From Candidatus Hydrogenedentota bacterium (GTDB lineage Bacteria > Hydrogenedentota > Hydrogenedentia > Hydrogenedentales > GCA-2746185), in NCBI GenBank assembly GCA_046583315.1, contig JAYGCN010000320.1, positions 1 through 14,962 of the forward strand: DNA of 14,962 bases, read 5' to 3'. Made by a program: the position numbers and the translations under genes. Below the pieces are notes generated by a model that did no database searches, was not told the DNA's origin, and worked only from the letters and a program-made list of their open reading frames with translations. Of the stretch, positions 7,238 through 14,962 are shown piece after piece (positions within the stretch are counted from its first letter, which is position 1; the number at the start of each line of letters is the position of its first letter).

Positions 7238-9567
7238 CAAAGGGTACAGATTCTGCAGTTATGCGTTTTACGGATTGGGTTATTCGATTTCGATGGTTCG
7301 TGGTGGTGGTATCGATTGGATCGATACTTTCGCTGGCAACGGGGGCACGCCATTTGGGATTGGAACAGAATTATCGAATATTTTTCAGTCCTGAGAATCC
7401 CCAACTTGTTGCATTCGACAACCTGGAAGCGATGTATACCAAGATCGATACGCATCAATTCCTTGTTCACAATCCATCAGGCACGGTTGTTTATGAGAAG
7501 GCGTTTTTGGCCGTTCGTGAACTGACGAACGCGGGATGGAAAATTCCGTTCTCGACGCGCGTGGACTCGTTGGTGAACCATCAGCATTCATGGGCGATCG
7601 AGGATGACATGCTGGTAGAAGATCTGGTCCCGGAAGAGTTGGAGGGAGATACGGAGATTGTTGCGCGCGCGATGCGTGTTGCTGCCGAAGAACCATTGAT
7701 CGCGGGAAGCATTATCAATTCGGATCTTGATACGACGGTGGTGACGGTCCGTATTCATCTGGATGATGCTGATCCCTTAGCGGTGCGTACTGCGGCTGCG
7801 CATTCACGGGGCCTGCTGGAGGATATTCGGGCGAAGTATCCGGACCTGCGTTTTGAGCTGACGGGTACGGGAATGTTATCGAACGCTTTCGGTGAGTCTC
7901 CTGAGGTGGATGGGAAAACGGTATTCCCGGCGATGTTTTTATTGCTCATTATTTTCTTGTACATATTCACGCATTCAATCACGGGCACTGTGGTGACACT
8001 GACGCTCGTCGTTTTGTCGGCAATGGGCGCAATGGGCGCATCGGGATATTACGGTTACGGATTGAACCCGGCGAATTTGGTTGCACCGGTGGTCATTCTG
8101 ACCCTTGCCGTCGCGGATTCGATTCATATCTTGCTCACGATGTTCAAAGAGATGAACAATGGTTCTGATAAGCAATCGGCGATTCGAGAGAGTATGCGTA
8201 TCAATGCGCAGCCAGTATTTTTGACGAGTCTGACGACGGCTATCGGTTTCCTGGTGATGAATTTCAGCGATGCACCACCGTTCAGGGAACTGGGCAACGT
8301 CACGGCTACAGGCGTCGGACTCGCTTGGCTGCTTTCGATCACGTTTCTTCCGGCGATGCTCACAATTCTTCCTGTGCGGACGGGGAAGCGTTCGGATATG
8401 GGGCAGCGAGCGATGCGTAGTATTGCGGAGCTCAATATACGACATCGAAAGAAACTGGTAACAGTTGTTGGCGGATGCATCTTATTTTTTATCGCTTCAA
8501 TATCGAGGATGGAGATAGACGATGTTCCGCACCAGTATTTTAACGACAGGTATGACTTTCGGACAGCGACAGATTTTTATGATGATGAACTGGGATTTTA
8601 CGGCTTGTTTATGTCGATCGACTCTGGTGAAGAAGGCGGGATAAACGATCCTGGTTATCTCGCTTCGCTGAGTCATCTTGGGGAATGGTTTCGTGAGCAG
8701 CCGGGTGTTACTTCGGTGATATCGTATGCGGATATTTCGAGTCGTCTCAATATGAATATGCACGGAGATGACGAGACGTATCGACGGATACCGGAGAGTC
8801 GTGAACTTGCGGCGCAGTATCTATTACTTTACGAGATGTCATTGCCCTTCGGCCTGGATTTGAATGATCAGATAAATGTGGACAAGAGTGCGACACGTAT
8901 CGCAGTCAATTTCAGAAATACATCTCTGGCAGAGTTGGCGCGAGCGGGTAAACGTGCGGAGACGTGGATTGAGGAAGAGGGTGAAGGGTTGCGGACGGAT
9001 GGCGCGACGAGTCCACCGATCATGTTTGAAAGTATTACGCGAACAAATATTCACGGTATGATTCGCGGAACGGCGTTGGGGTTCGTGTTGATTGCTATCG
9101 TGCTGATTGTATCGTTGCGAAGTTGGACGATGGGCATCTTGAGTCTTATTCCGAATATTGTTCCGGCTGCGACGGCCTTCGGGATATGGGCATTGGTAGT
9201 GGGTAAGGCGGACTTCGCTATTTCGGTGGTTGGCGGGTTGAGCATCGGAATCATTGTTGATGACACCGTTCATTTTCTCTCCAAATATTCGCGGGCGCGT
9301 CGGGAATTGCATCTGAGTGCAGAGGAGGCAGTGCGTTATGCATTCAGCACTGTGGGTCAGGCTCTTTTGAGCACATCGTTCATTGTGGCGGGTGGGTTTG
9401 CGGTATTGATGCTGAGTTCATTCCGGGTGACGGTGTTCATGGGAGCCATTACGTCGCTGACAGTGGTTTGCGCATTAGTGGCGGATTTCTTTATGCTTCC
9501 AGCGTTGCTGCTGATATTGGATCGTCGCGATATGGGCGCGCCTTTGCCGGAAGCCGAACAAAATTAG
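7234..9567 (+). CDS. MMPL/RND superfamily transporter (777 aa)
   Basis: Two repeats of 1 TM + periplasmic domain + 5 TM; TLAVADSIH, P.FLTSLTTAIGF, GIIVDDTVHF, G.AL..TS......GF.VL..S.F motifs; AAGGA SD. Confidence 0.93.
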   Translation: MTKGTDSAVMRFTDWVIRFRWFVVVVSIGSILSLATGARHLGLEQNYRIFFSPENPQLVAFDNLEAMYTKIDTHQFLVHNPSGTVVYEKAFLAVRELTNAGWKIPFSTRVDSLVNHQHSWAIEDDMLVEDLVPEELEGDTEIVARAMRVAAEEPLIAGSIINSDLDTTVVTVRIHLDDADPLAVRTAAAHSRGLLEDIRAKYPDLRFELTGTGMLSNAFGESPEVDGKTVFPAMFLLLIIFLYIFTHSITGTVVTLTLVVLSAMGAMGASGYYGYGLNPANLVAPVVILTLAVADSIHILLTMFKEMNNGSDKQSAIRESMRINAQPVFLTSLTTAIGFLVMNFSDAPPFRELGNVTATGVGLAWLLSITFLPAMLTILPVRTGKRSDMGQRAMRSIAELNIRHRKKLVTVVGGCILFFIASISRMEIDDVPHQYFNDRYDFRTATDFYDDELGFYGLFMSIDSGEEGGINDPGYLASLSHLGEWFREQPGVTSVISYADISSRLNMNMHGDDETYRRIPESRELAAQYLLLYEMSLPFGLDLNDQINVDKSATRIAVNFRNTSLAELARAGKRAETWIEEEGEGLRTDGATSPPIMFESITRTNIHGMIRGTALGFVLIAIVLIVSLRSWTMGILSLIPNIVPAATAFGIWALVVGKADFAISVVGGLSIGIIVDDTVHFLSKYSRARRELHLSAEEAVRYAFSTVGQALLSTSFIVAGGFAVLMLSSFRVTVFMGAITSLTVVCALVADFFMLPALLLILDRRDMGAPLPEAEQN

Positions 9568-9617
9568 AATCAGAGGGCTCAACCCTTTGTGAATCGTGGT
9601 CACTGGAGGAGAAAATT

Positions 9618-10424
9618 GTGGACATTGCGAAGCGAATCATCGGGACGGTGACATTTAGTTTTGTTACTGCATTGAGTGCTCTGACAGCTGTGGCTGAGAC
9701 GGCCGAAGAAGAGGGTCTTGCAATTTATAAGGAAGTCGACGCGCGCGACATCGGCTGGAAAAACAGCTCAACCGATCTCAAGATGCTTCTCAAAAATCGT
9801 CACGGCCAGACGAGCACGCGTGAATTGAGTATGCAGACCCTCGAGACGAACGAACCGGGGTTGGGAGACAAAAGCCTGACTGTGTTTTCGTCGCCGCGCG
9901 ATGTGGATGGCACGGCATTTCTCTCCCACACCAAAATTATCGACCCGGATGACCAGTGGTTGTACCTGCCTGCGCTGAAGCGCGTCAAACGCATCTCCTC
10001 CTCCAACAAATCCGGCCCCTTCATGGGAAGTGAATTCGCCTTCGAAGATTTATCCTCACAAGAGGTCGAAAAATACACCTACAAATATATCAAGGACGAG
10101 ACCGCAGAAGGCCAGGATTGTTTCGTGGTCGAGCGCTATCCCGTCTACAAGAACAGCGGGTACACACGGCAGATTACGTGGGTTGACAAGGCCGAATATC
10201 GTCCAATCAAAATCGCATATTACGATCGGAAGAATGCGCTACTCAAAACGCTCGTGTTCAGCGACTACAATCAGCACAGGGATAAATTCTGGCGTGCGCA
10301 TACGATGACGATGGAAAATCAGCAGACCGGCAAGAGCACCGTGCTCACCTTCGAGAACTATGATTTCGATTTCGATATTTCTGAGTCCACGTTTACCCCC
10401 GCGCGGTTGAAAAATATCCGATGA
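9618..10424 (+). CDS. LolA-like 'outer membrane lipoprotein-sorting' periplasmic protein (268 aa)
   Basis: Start re-assigned to GTG 9618 (GGAGGAG SD; signal peptide ..ALTAVA|E). Motifs F.SPRDVDGTAFL, DDQWLYLPALKRVKRISS.NKSGPFMGSEFAFEDL, YYDRKNALLKTL. Confidence 0.9.
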   Translation: MDIAKRIIGTVTFSFVTALSALTAVAETAEEEGLAIYKEVDARDIGWKNSSTDLKMLLKNRHGQTSTRELSMQTLETNEPGLGDKSLTVFSSPRDVDGTAFLSHTKIIDPDDQWLYLPALKRVKRISSSNKSGPFMGSEFAFEDLSSQEVEKYTYKYIKDETAEGQDCFVVERYPVYKNSGYTRQITWVDKAEYRPIKIAYYDRKNALLKTLVFSDYNQHRDKFWRAHTMTMENQQTGKSTVLTFENYDFDFDISESTFTPARLKNIR

Positions 10425-11632
10425 CGCGATTCGGTATCGTTACGACACTCCTCTGCGCATTCGCCCTTAATCAGTCCGCTTCCGCGCAATGGGATTTCTC
10501 CGGAGAATTGGGCTTCGAACTCCGCATGTTTCCCGAAGATCCAGCCTACGCGGGTCAGGATGACGCAACGTTTTCTCCGTCAATATCGTTTCAACCGGAA
10601 ATCGTATACGAATGGGACGAGGGCAGCGAACGCGCGACCTTCGAGCCGTTTCTACGCTGGGATGCACACGACAATCACCGCACGCACGCCGACATCCGTG
10701 AAGCCAGCTACCTCCACCTCGCCGACAGTTGGGATCTCACTATTGGAATTAGCCGCGTATTCTGGGGCGTGACGGAATCGGTACATCTTGTCGATGTCAT
10801 CAATCAGACGGACGGCGTGGAAGACATTGATAACGAAGACAAACTGGGCCAACAAATGGTGAATGTCAACTGGCTTACCAATACAGGAACCTACAGCCTT
10901 TTCGTGTTGCCCGGTTTTCGCGAGCGTACCTTTCCAGGAGATGATGCCCGACGTCGCGGCCCTTTCGAGATTGAACAGTACGATACGTTATACGAATCCG
11001 GTGCCGAAGAAAACCACGTCGATGTCGCGGGACGCTGGGCGCATTCGCTGGGTAATTGGGATTTGGGGCTCTCAACGTTCTACGGCACCAATCGCGAAGC
11101 ACGTCTCATAGGCGAAGTAGCCCCGTCGGGAGATATTCATCTGCGCCCCTACTACGAGTTGATGTTTCAGACGGGAATCGATGTGCAATACACGCGCGAG
11201 GCGTGGTTGTGGAAACTGGAATCCCTCTACCGCGATGGAGAAAACGATTCGTATATCGCGGCCGTCGGGGGATTCGAATATACCCTTTATCAGATCTTCG
11301 AAAGCAATGCGGACCTTGGGCTGTTGATGGAATACCAATACGATGATCGAAACGACGACGGGTCCACGCCGCTGACCGTGGCAGATAACGATCTCTTCGT
11401 CGCGGCGCGCTATGCCCTAAACGATGAGAGCAGCACGGCGCTATTGGCGGGGCTCATCTACGATCTCCATGAACACACGATTCTCGGGTTGATAGAAGCA
11501 GAACGGCGCCTCAGCAATAACTGGAAAATTGAGGTTGAGGGACGCTTCGTCACCAACGCCGATGTTGACGATCCCGCGTACTTCTTTCGTCGTGACGACA
11601 GTCTGACCCTTCGGCTCACCTACGCCTTCTAG
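10421..11632 (+). CDS. Outer-membrane beta-barrel protein (403 aa), partner of the MMPL/LolA-like module
   Basis: Signal peptide ..QSASA|Q; alternating amphipathic strands; RVFWGVTESVHLVDVINQTD..EDID.EDKLGQ motif; C-terminal LRLTYAF (terminal Phe, Tyr at -3, BAM signal); ATGA overlap with the upstream gene. Confidence 0.82.
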   Translation: MTRFGIVTTLLCAFALNQSASAQWDFSGELGFELRMFPEDPAYAGQDDATFSPSISFQPEIVYEWDEGSERATFEPFLRWDAHDNHRTHADIREASYLHLADSWDLTIGISRVFWGVTESVHLVDVINQTDGVEDIDNEDKLGQQMVNVNWLTNTGTYSLFVLPGFRERTFPGDDARRRGPFEIEQYDTLYESGAEENHVDVAGRWAHSLGNWDLGLSTFYGTNREARLIGEVAPSGDIHLRPYYELMFQTGIDVQYTREAWLWKLESLYRDGENDSYIAAVGGFEYTLYQIFESNADLGLLMEYQYDDRNDDGSTPLTVADNDLFVAARYALNDESSTALLAGLIYDLHEHTILGLIEAERRLSNNWKIEVEGRFVTNADVDDPAYFFRRDDSLTLRLTYAF

Positions 11633-11732
11633 ATCGCGAGCTGCGATTTCAGCTATACTCCATACACTTCCGCGAACATTGGAGGGAATGGTGTGTCAAG
11701 TTGACGCCTGATAACAGCGAGAAGGAAAATCG

Positions 11733-14474
11733 ATGGCAGACCAGAAAATTCTGCGAGAGTGGTTCGAAAAAATCGATGGAGACGTGCAGTTTCTGCATGA
11801 CTGCCTGGCCGAGGTATTGGACGAGGTGGGCCAATCTGAATTGGCCAAAACACTCAGCGAACTCGATCACCCCGAAACGCCTTCCGAAGCCATGTCCACC
11901 TCTCAGATCACCTCAGAGGTTCAGATGTTGGCAATCTCCTTTCACCTGCTCAATCTCGTTGAGGAAAATGCCGCATCCCAGGCGCGACGAGCCCGTGAAA
12001 ATCGTTTCGGGTTATTGTACGAGCCGGGCCTATGGGGCCATACTCTCAAAAAACTTGTTGAGATGGGTGTAGCAGAAGACGAAATCGCCCAAATTTTGAA
12101 TCGCGTTCATATCGAACTCGTGATGACGGCGCATCCGACTGAAGCCAAACGCCCCGTCGTGTTGCGACAACATCGCGAATTGTACGACAAGTTTGTTGAA
12201 CTCGACAATCCGAAATGGACTCCCCGCGAACGTCAAGCGATCAAGGATCAGATGAAAACGATTCTGGAACGCTTGTGGCGCACCGGTGAAATATACCTGC
12301 GCAAACCGGATATCCAGTCCGAACTGGAGCACGTCACCGATCATCTAAGCCAGATTCTTCCCAAGGCAATCCGGCATCAGCAACGACGCCTGAACGATGC
12401 CTGGATTGATGCGGGCCTTTCGCCAGACACCCTCAACGCGAACACCGACGGTCCCATGATCACCTTTGGAAACTGGGTGGGGGGCGATCGAGATGGGCAC
12501 TCACTCGTGAACGCCGAAGTCACAGAATCCACCTTGCGTCACTTACGCTCCGTGGCCATTGATGCGCTTGACCAATTACTGGATGGCTTGCTGCAAAACT
12601 TGACACTATCCGATCTCTTTCAAGACGCACCGGAAAAACTGACCATTGCCTACGACGAAGACATGGCGGCACTCAATCCACGGAATCGTGCGGAAGTCTA
12701 CATTCACATGAACGAACCTTGGCGCAACTACGTCGAGATTATCAAAACACGCATGGGCCTCACGCGGGACGATAAACCGGGGGGATACGCAAACCCCGAC
12801 GAAATGAAAGCACAGTTAGCGATTCTGGAGGAAACCCTTGAAGACGTCGGCGCGGGGCGTCTGGTTCAATCGGAAGTAAAGCCGTTCCTCTTACACCTGG
12901 AAACCTTCGGTTTTCACATGGCACGTCTCGATATTCGACAGAACAGTACCCATCACGCCAAGGCGCTCGCGCAGTTGCTGCAGGGTGCTGGTTTCGAGGA
13001 CTGGGACTACACGACCTGGAATTATGACAAGCGCATGGCGTTTCTCACCAAGGAACTTCAGCATCTGCGACCGCTCGCGTCGAGGAGCAGCGAATTGGGG
13101 CCAGAAGCCACAGCAACGGTTGAATGCTACCGCGTGATCGCCCGATACATTCGGCATTATGGCGATACCGGAATTGGTTCATTTATTGTAAGCATGACCG
13201 AGGACGTTACGGACTTGCTGGCAGTGTATATTTTTGCTCGCGAAGTGGGACTGCTCTATCATGATGAGCGGGGTATTCATTGCCGCATCGCGGTCGTGCC
13301 GTTGTTTGAAACCCTGGACGATCTTGTTGCGGGCACTGAAATACTCAACACTTTTCTCGATCACCCGATCACCCAAAATCGAAATGCGCCCGACAGTGAA
13401 ATCAGCCCCACGCAACAGGTCATGGTCGGCTACAGCGACAGCAATAAAGACGGTGGCATTTTCGCCAGTCAATGGGGGCTCAACAAGGCCCAACGCGCAC
13501 TCCACGCGGCCGGACAATTATCCAATGTGGACATCGTATTTTTCCACGGACGCGGCGGCACCTTTAGTCGCGGCGCTGGCCCCACGCACCGGTTTCTGGA
13601 AGCGATGCCAACCGGTATTCTCAAACGCGGCGTCCGAATCACCGAACAAGGCGAAGTCATCGCGCAAAAATTCGGTAACCTGCCCACCGCGATATTCAAC
13701 CTGGAACTGAATGCCGCCGGTGTAGCACTCGCCGCCGCGCGATCCGAACGAAGCAATCCAGACGAAGACAAATTGTTTGCACTCTGCGAAAAATTAAGCA
13801 CCTTTAGCCACAATGCGTATCAAGACTTACTGGACTTCCCGGGATTCATGGATTTCTGGTCCATTGCGACACCGATCGACGTGCTCGAACGCAGTTTTAT
13901 CGGGTCGCGCCCGGCACGACGCACAGGCAAACGAACGCTGGCCGATTTGCGTGCGATTCCCTGGGTCTTTAGCTGGACCCAGGCCCGGTACTATCTCACC
14001 GGCTGGTACGGAATCGGCTCGGCATTGGAAAAGCTCAGCACCGAAGATCCCGAGGGCTTCGCGTTATTGCAAAAAAATATCGACTCATTTCCGTTTCTGC
14101 CCTATGTCCTTTACAACGCCGAAACCAGTCATTCATCGGCTGACCTGGAGATGATGGAAGCCTATGCCGGCATGGTGGAAGACGAATCGATTCGGGACAG
14201 CGTCTTCGCAGTAATATCAGGCGAATACAAACGTACCCAGGAAGTGATCAACACCTTTTTCGGGCGGAGTCGTGAAGAACGGCGTCCACGTTTGATGAAA
14301 ACGCTTGAGATGCGCGCCAAAGGATTGCGCCGATTGCACGAACATCAAATCGTGTTGCTCAAAAAGTGGCGCGCGCTCGTTGAATCCGAGGATACTGAAG
14401 CCGCAGACGATATGTTCCCGAGCCTGCTGTTATCCGTCAACGCCATCGCAAGTGCGGAGCGAACCACCGGGTAA
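11733..14474 (+). CDS. ppc: Phosphoenolpyruvate carboxylase (913 aa)
   Basis: TAHPTE, W.GGDRDG, LDIRQ, VPLFETLDDL, QVMVGYSDSNKDGG, FFHGRGGT.SRG, TEQGE, GSRPARR, LRAIPWVFSWTQ.R; C-terminus RTTG; AGAAGGA SD. Confidence 0.97.
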   Translation: MADQKILREWFEKIDGDVQFLHDCLAEVLDEVGQSELAKTLSELDHPETPSEAMSTSQITSEVQMLAISFHLLNLVEENAASQARRARENRFGLLYEPGLWGHTLKKLVEMGVAEDEIAQILNRVHIELVMTAHPTEAKRPVVLRQHRELYDKFVELDNPKWTPRERQAIKDQMKTILERLWRTGEIYLRKPDIQSELEHVTDHLSQILPKAIRHQQRRLNDAWIDAGLSPDTLNANTDGPMITFGNWVGGDRDGHSLVNAEVTESTLRHLRSVAIDALDQLLDGLLQNLTLSDLFQDAPEKLTIAYDEDMAALNPRNRAEVYIHMNEPWRNYVEIIKTRMGLTRDDKPGGYANPDEMKAQLAILEETLEDVGAGRLVQSEVKPFLLHLETFGFHMARLDIRQNSTHHAKALAQLLQGAGFEDWDYTTWNYDKRMAFLTKELQHLRPLASRSSELGPEATATVECYRVIARYIRHYGDTGIGSFIVSMTEDVTDLLAVYIFAREVGLLYHDERGIHCRIAVVPLFETLDDLVAGTEILNTFLDHPITQNRNAPDSEISPTQQVMVGYSDSNKDGGIFASQWGLNKAQRALHAAGQLSNVDIVFFHGRGGTFSRGAGPTHRFLEAMPTGILKRGVRITEQGEVIAQKFGNLPTAIFNLELNAAGVALAAARSERSNPDEDKLFALCEKLSTFSHNAYQDLLDFPGFMDFWSIATPIDVLERSFIGSRPARRTGKRTLADLRAIPWVFSWTQARYYLTGWYGIGSALEKLSTEDPEGFALLQKNIDSFPFLPYVLYNAETSHSSADLEMMEAYAGMVEDESIRDSVFAVISGEYKRTQEVINTFFGRSREERRPRLMKTLEMRAKGLRRLHEHQIVLLKKWRALVESEDTEAADDMFPSLLLSVNAIASAERTTG

Positions 14475-14482
14475 TAAACCTG

Positions 14483-14962
14483 CTAGTCCTCTTTAACAAT
14501 AAAGAGCGTGGCCGCTGCGGGTACCATCGTGACTGATGTCAAGAAGCACAACGGCACGCCAACCAGCATAAAGTTTGCGATGCTCTCCAGGCCAGAGTGA
14601 TCTGTGAACAACAAGGCCAAAAACGAGACACAGGTTGTCGTTGTTGTCAGGAAAATCGGACGACCCACGCCCACCACGGCTTCTTGTAGCTGTTCACGCG
14701 TGGGGGACTTATAACGGCGTAGTCGCTCGACAATGTGGATACCATCATCCACACCCAGCCCCAGTATCACGGGAACGACGACGACGGTCAAGGTGCTGAA
14801 TTGCAGGCCCAACCAGAAATAAAATCCAAAGGTGATGGAGGTCGCCGTAACAACCGGGAGTAGCGACAACAATACGCCCTGCACATCACGAAATGCGACG
14901 ATCAGGACAAGTGTGACCACAACAAACACCATCGGCACCATGTACGGCACGTATTTCGAAAG
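14483..14962 (-). CDS. MMPL/RND-family transporter, C-terminal part (gene runs off the window edge)
   Basis: Five TM segments with GLGVDDGIH, VGRPIFLTTTTT..SF and terminal VPA; stop TAG at 14485-14483; the listed Met at 14950 is likely internal. Confidence 0.85.
   Translation of the reverse strand, partial: LSKYVPYMVPMVFVVVTLVLIVAFRDVQGVLLSLLPVVTATSITFGFYFWLGLQFSTLTVVVVPVILGLGVDDGIHIVERLRRYKSPTREQLQEAVVGVGRPIFLTTTTTCVSFLALLFTDHSGLESIANFMLVGVPLCFLTSVTMVPAAATLFIVKED

Noticed and set aside
9468..9617. N-terminal extension of the LolA-like ORF
   Set aside because: Overlaps the MMPL gene; GTG 9618 has a strong GGAGGAG SD and a signal peptide.
11631..11649. Hairpin AGATCGC-GAGCT-GCGATTT as intrinsic terminator
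   Set aside because: Short stem and no real U-tract; too weak to call.
11695..11705. GTCAAGTTGAC palindrome and TTGACG upstream of ppc
   Set aside because: No properly spaced -10 element and too short to support as an operator.
1..14962. CRISPR arrays, tRNA/rRNA, transposases, integrases, defence genes
   Set aside because: No regularly spaced repeats, RNA-gene signatures or such protein motifs were seen; nearly all sequence is accounted for by the listed genes.

Overview
Bacterial (diderm, standard genetic code) chromosomal window. Left to right: a secreted PQQ-dependent dehydrogenase (+); a polytopic, GT-C-like membrane protein (-); a decayed patch in which a frameshifted, 5'-truncated bacterial sugar (phosphoglycosyl) transferase (-) abuts back-to-back the 3' remnant of another gene (+); a secreted alpha/beta hydrolase (-); a secreted YVTN/YncE-type beta-propeller (-) interrupted by one in-frame TGA with a hairpin right behind it; a divergent four-gene operon (Rrf2 regulator, MMPL/RND transporter, LolA-like 'outer membrane lipoprotein-sorting' protein, outer-membrane beta-barrel) with an apparently leaderless sigma70 promoter overlapped by a 12-3-12 inverted-repeat operator; phosphoenolpyruvate carboxylase (ppc) with substitutions in the aspartate-binding site; and the 3' end of a second MMPL/RND gene (-). 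The best candidate for an undescribed system is the envelope-spanning MMPL/LolA-like/beta-barrel module under a Cys-based (non-Fe-S) Rrf2 repressor. No RNA genes, CRISPR arrays or mobile elements were seen. All family calls are by motif recognition only; no searches were run.
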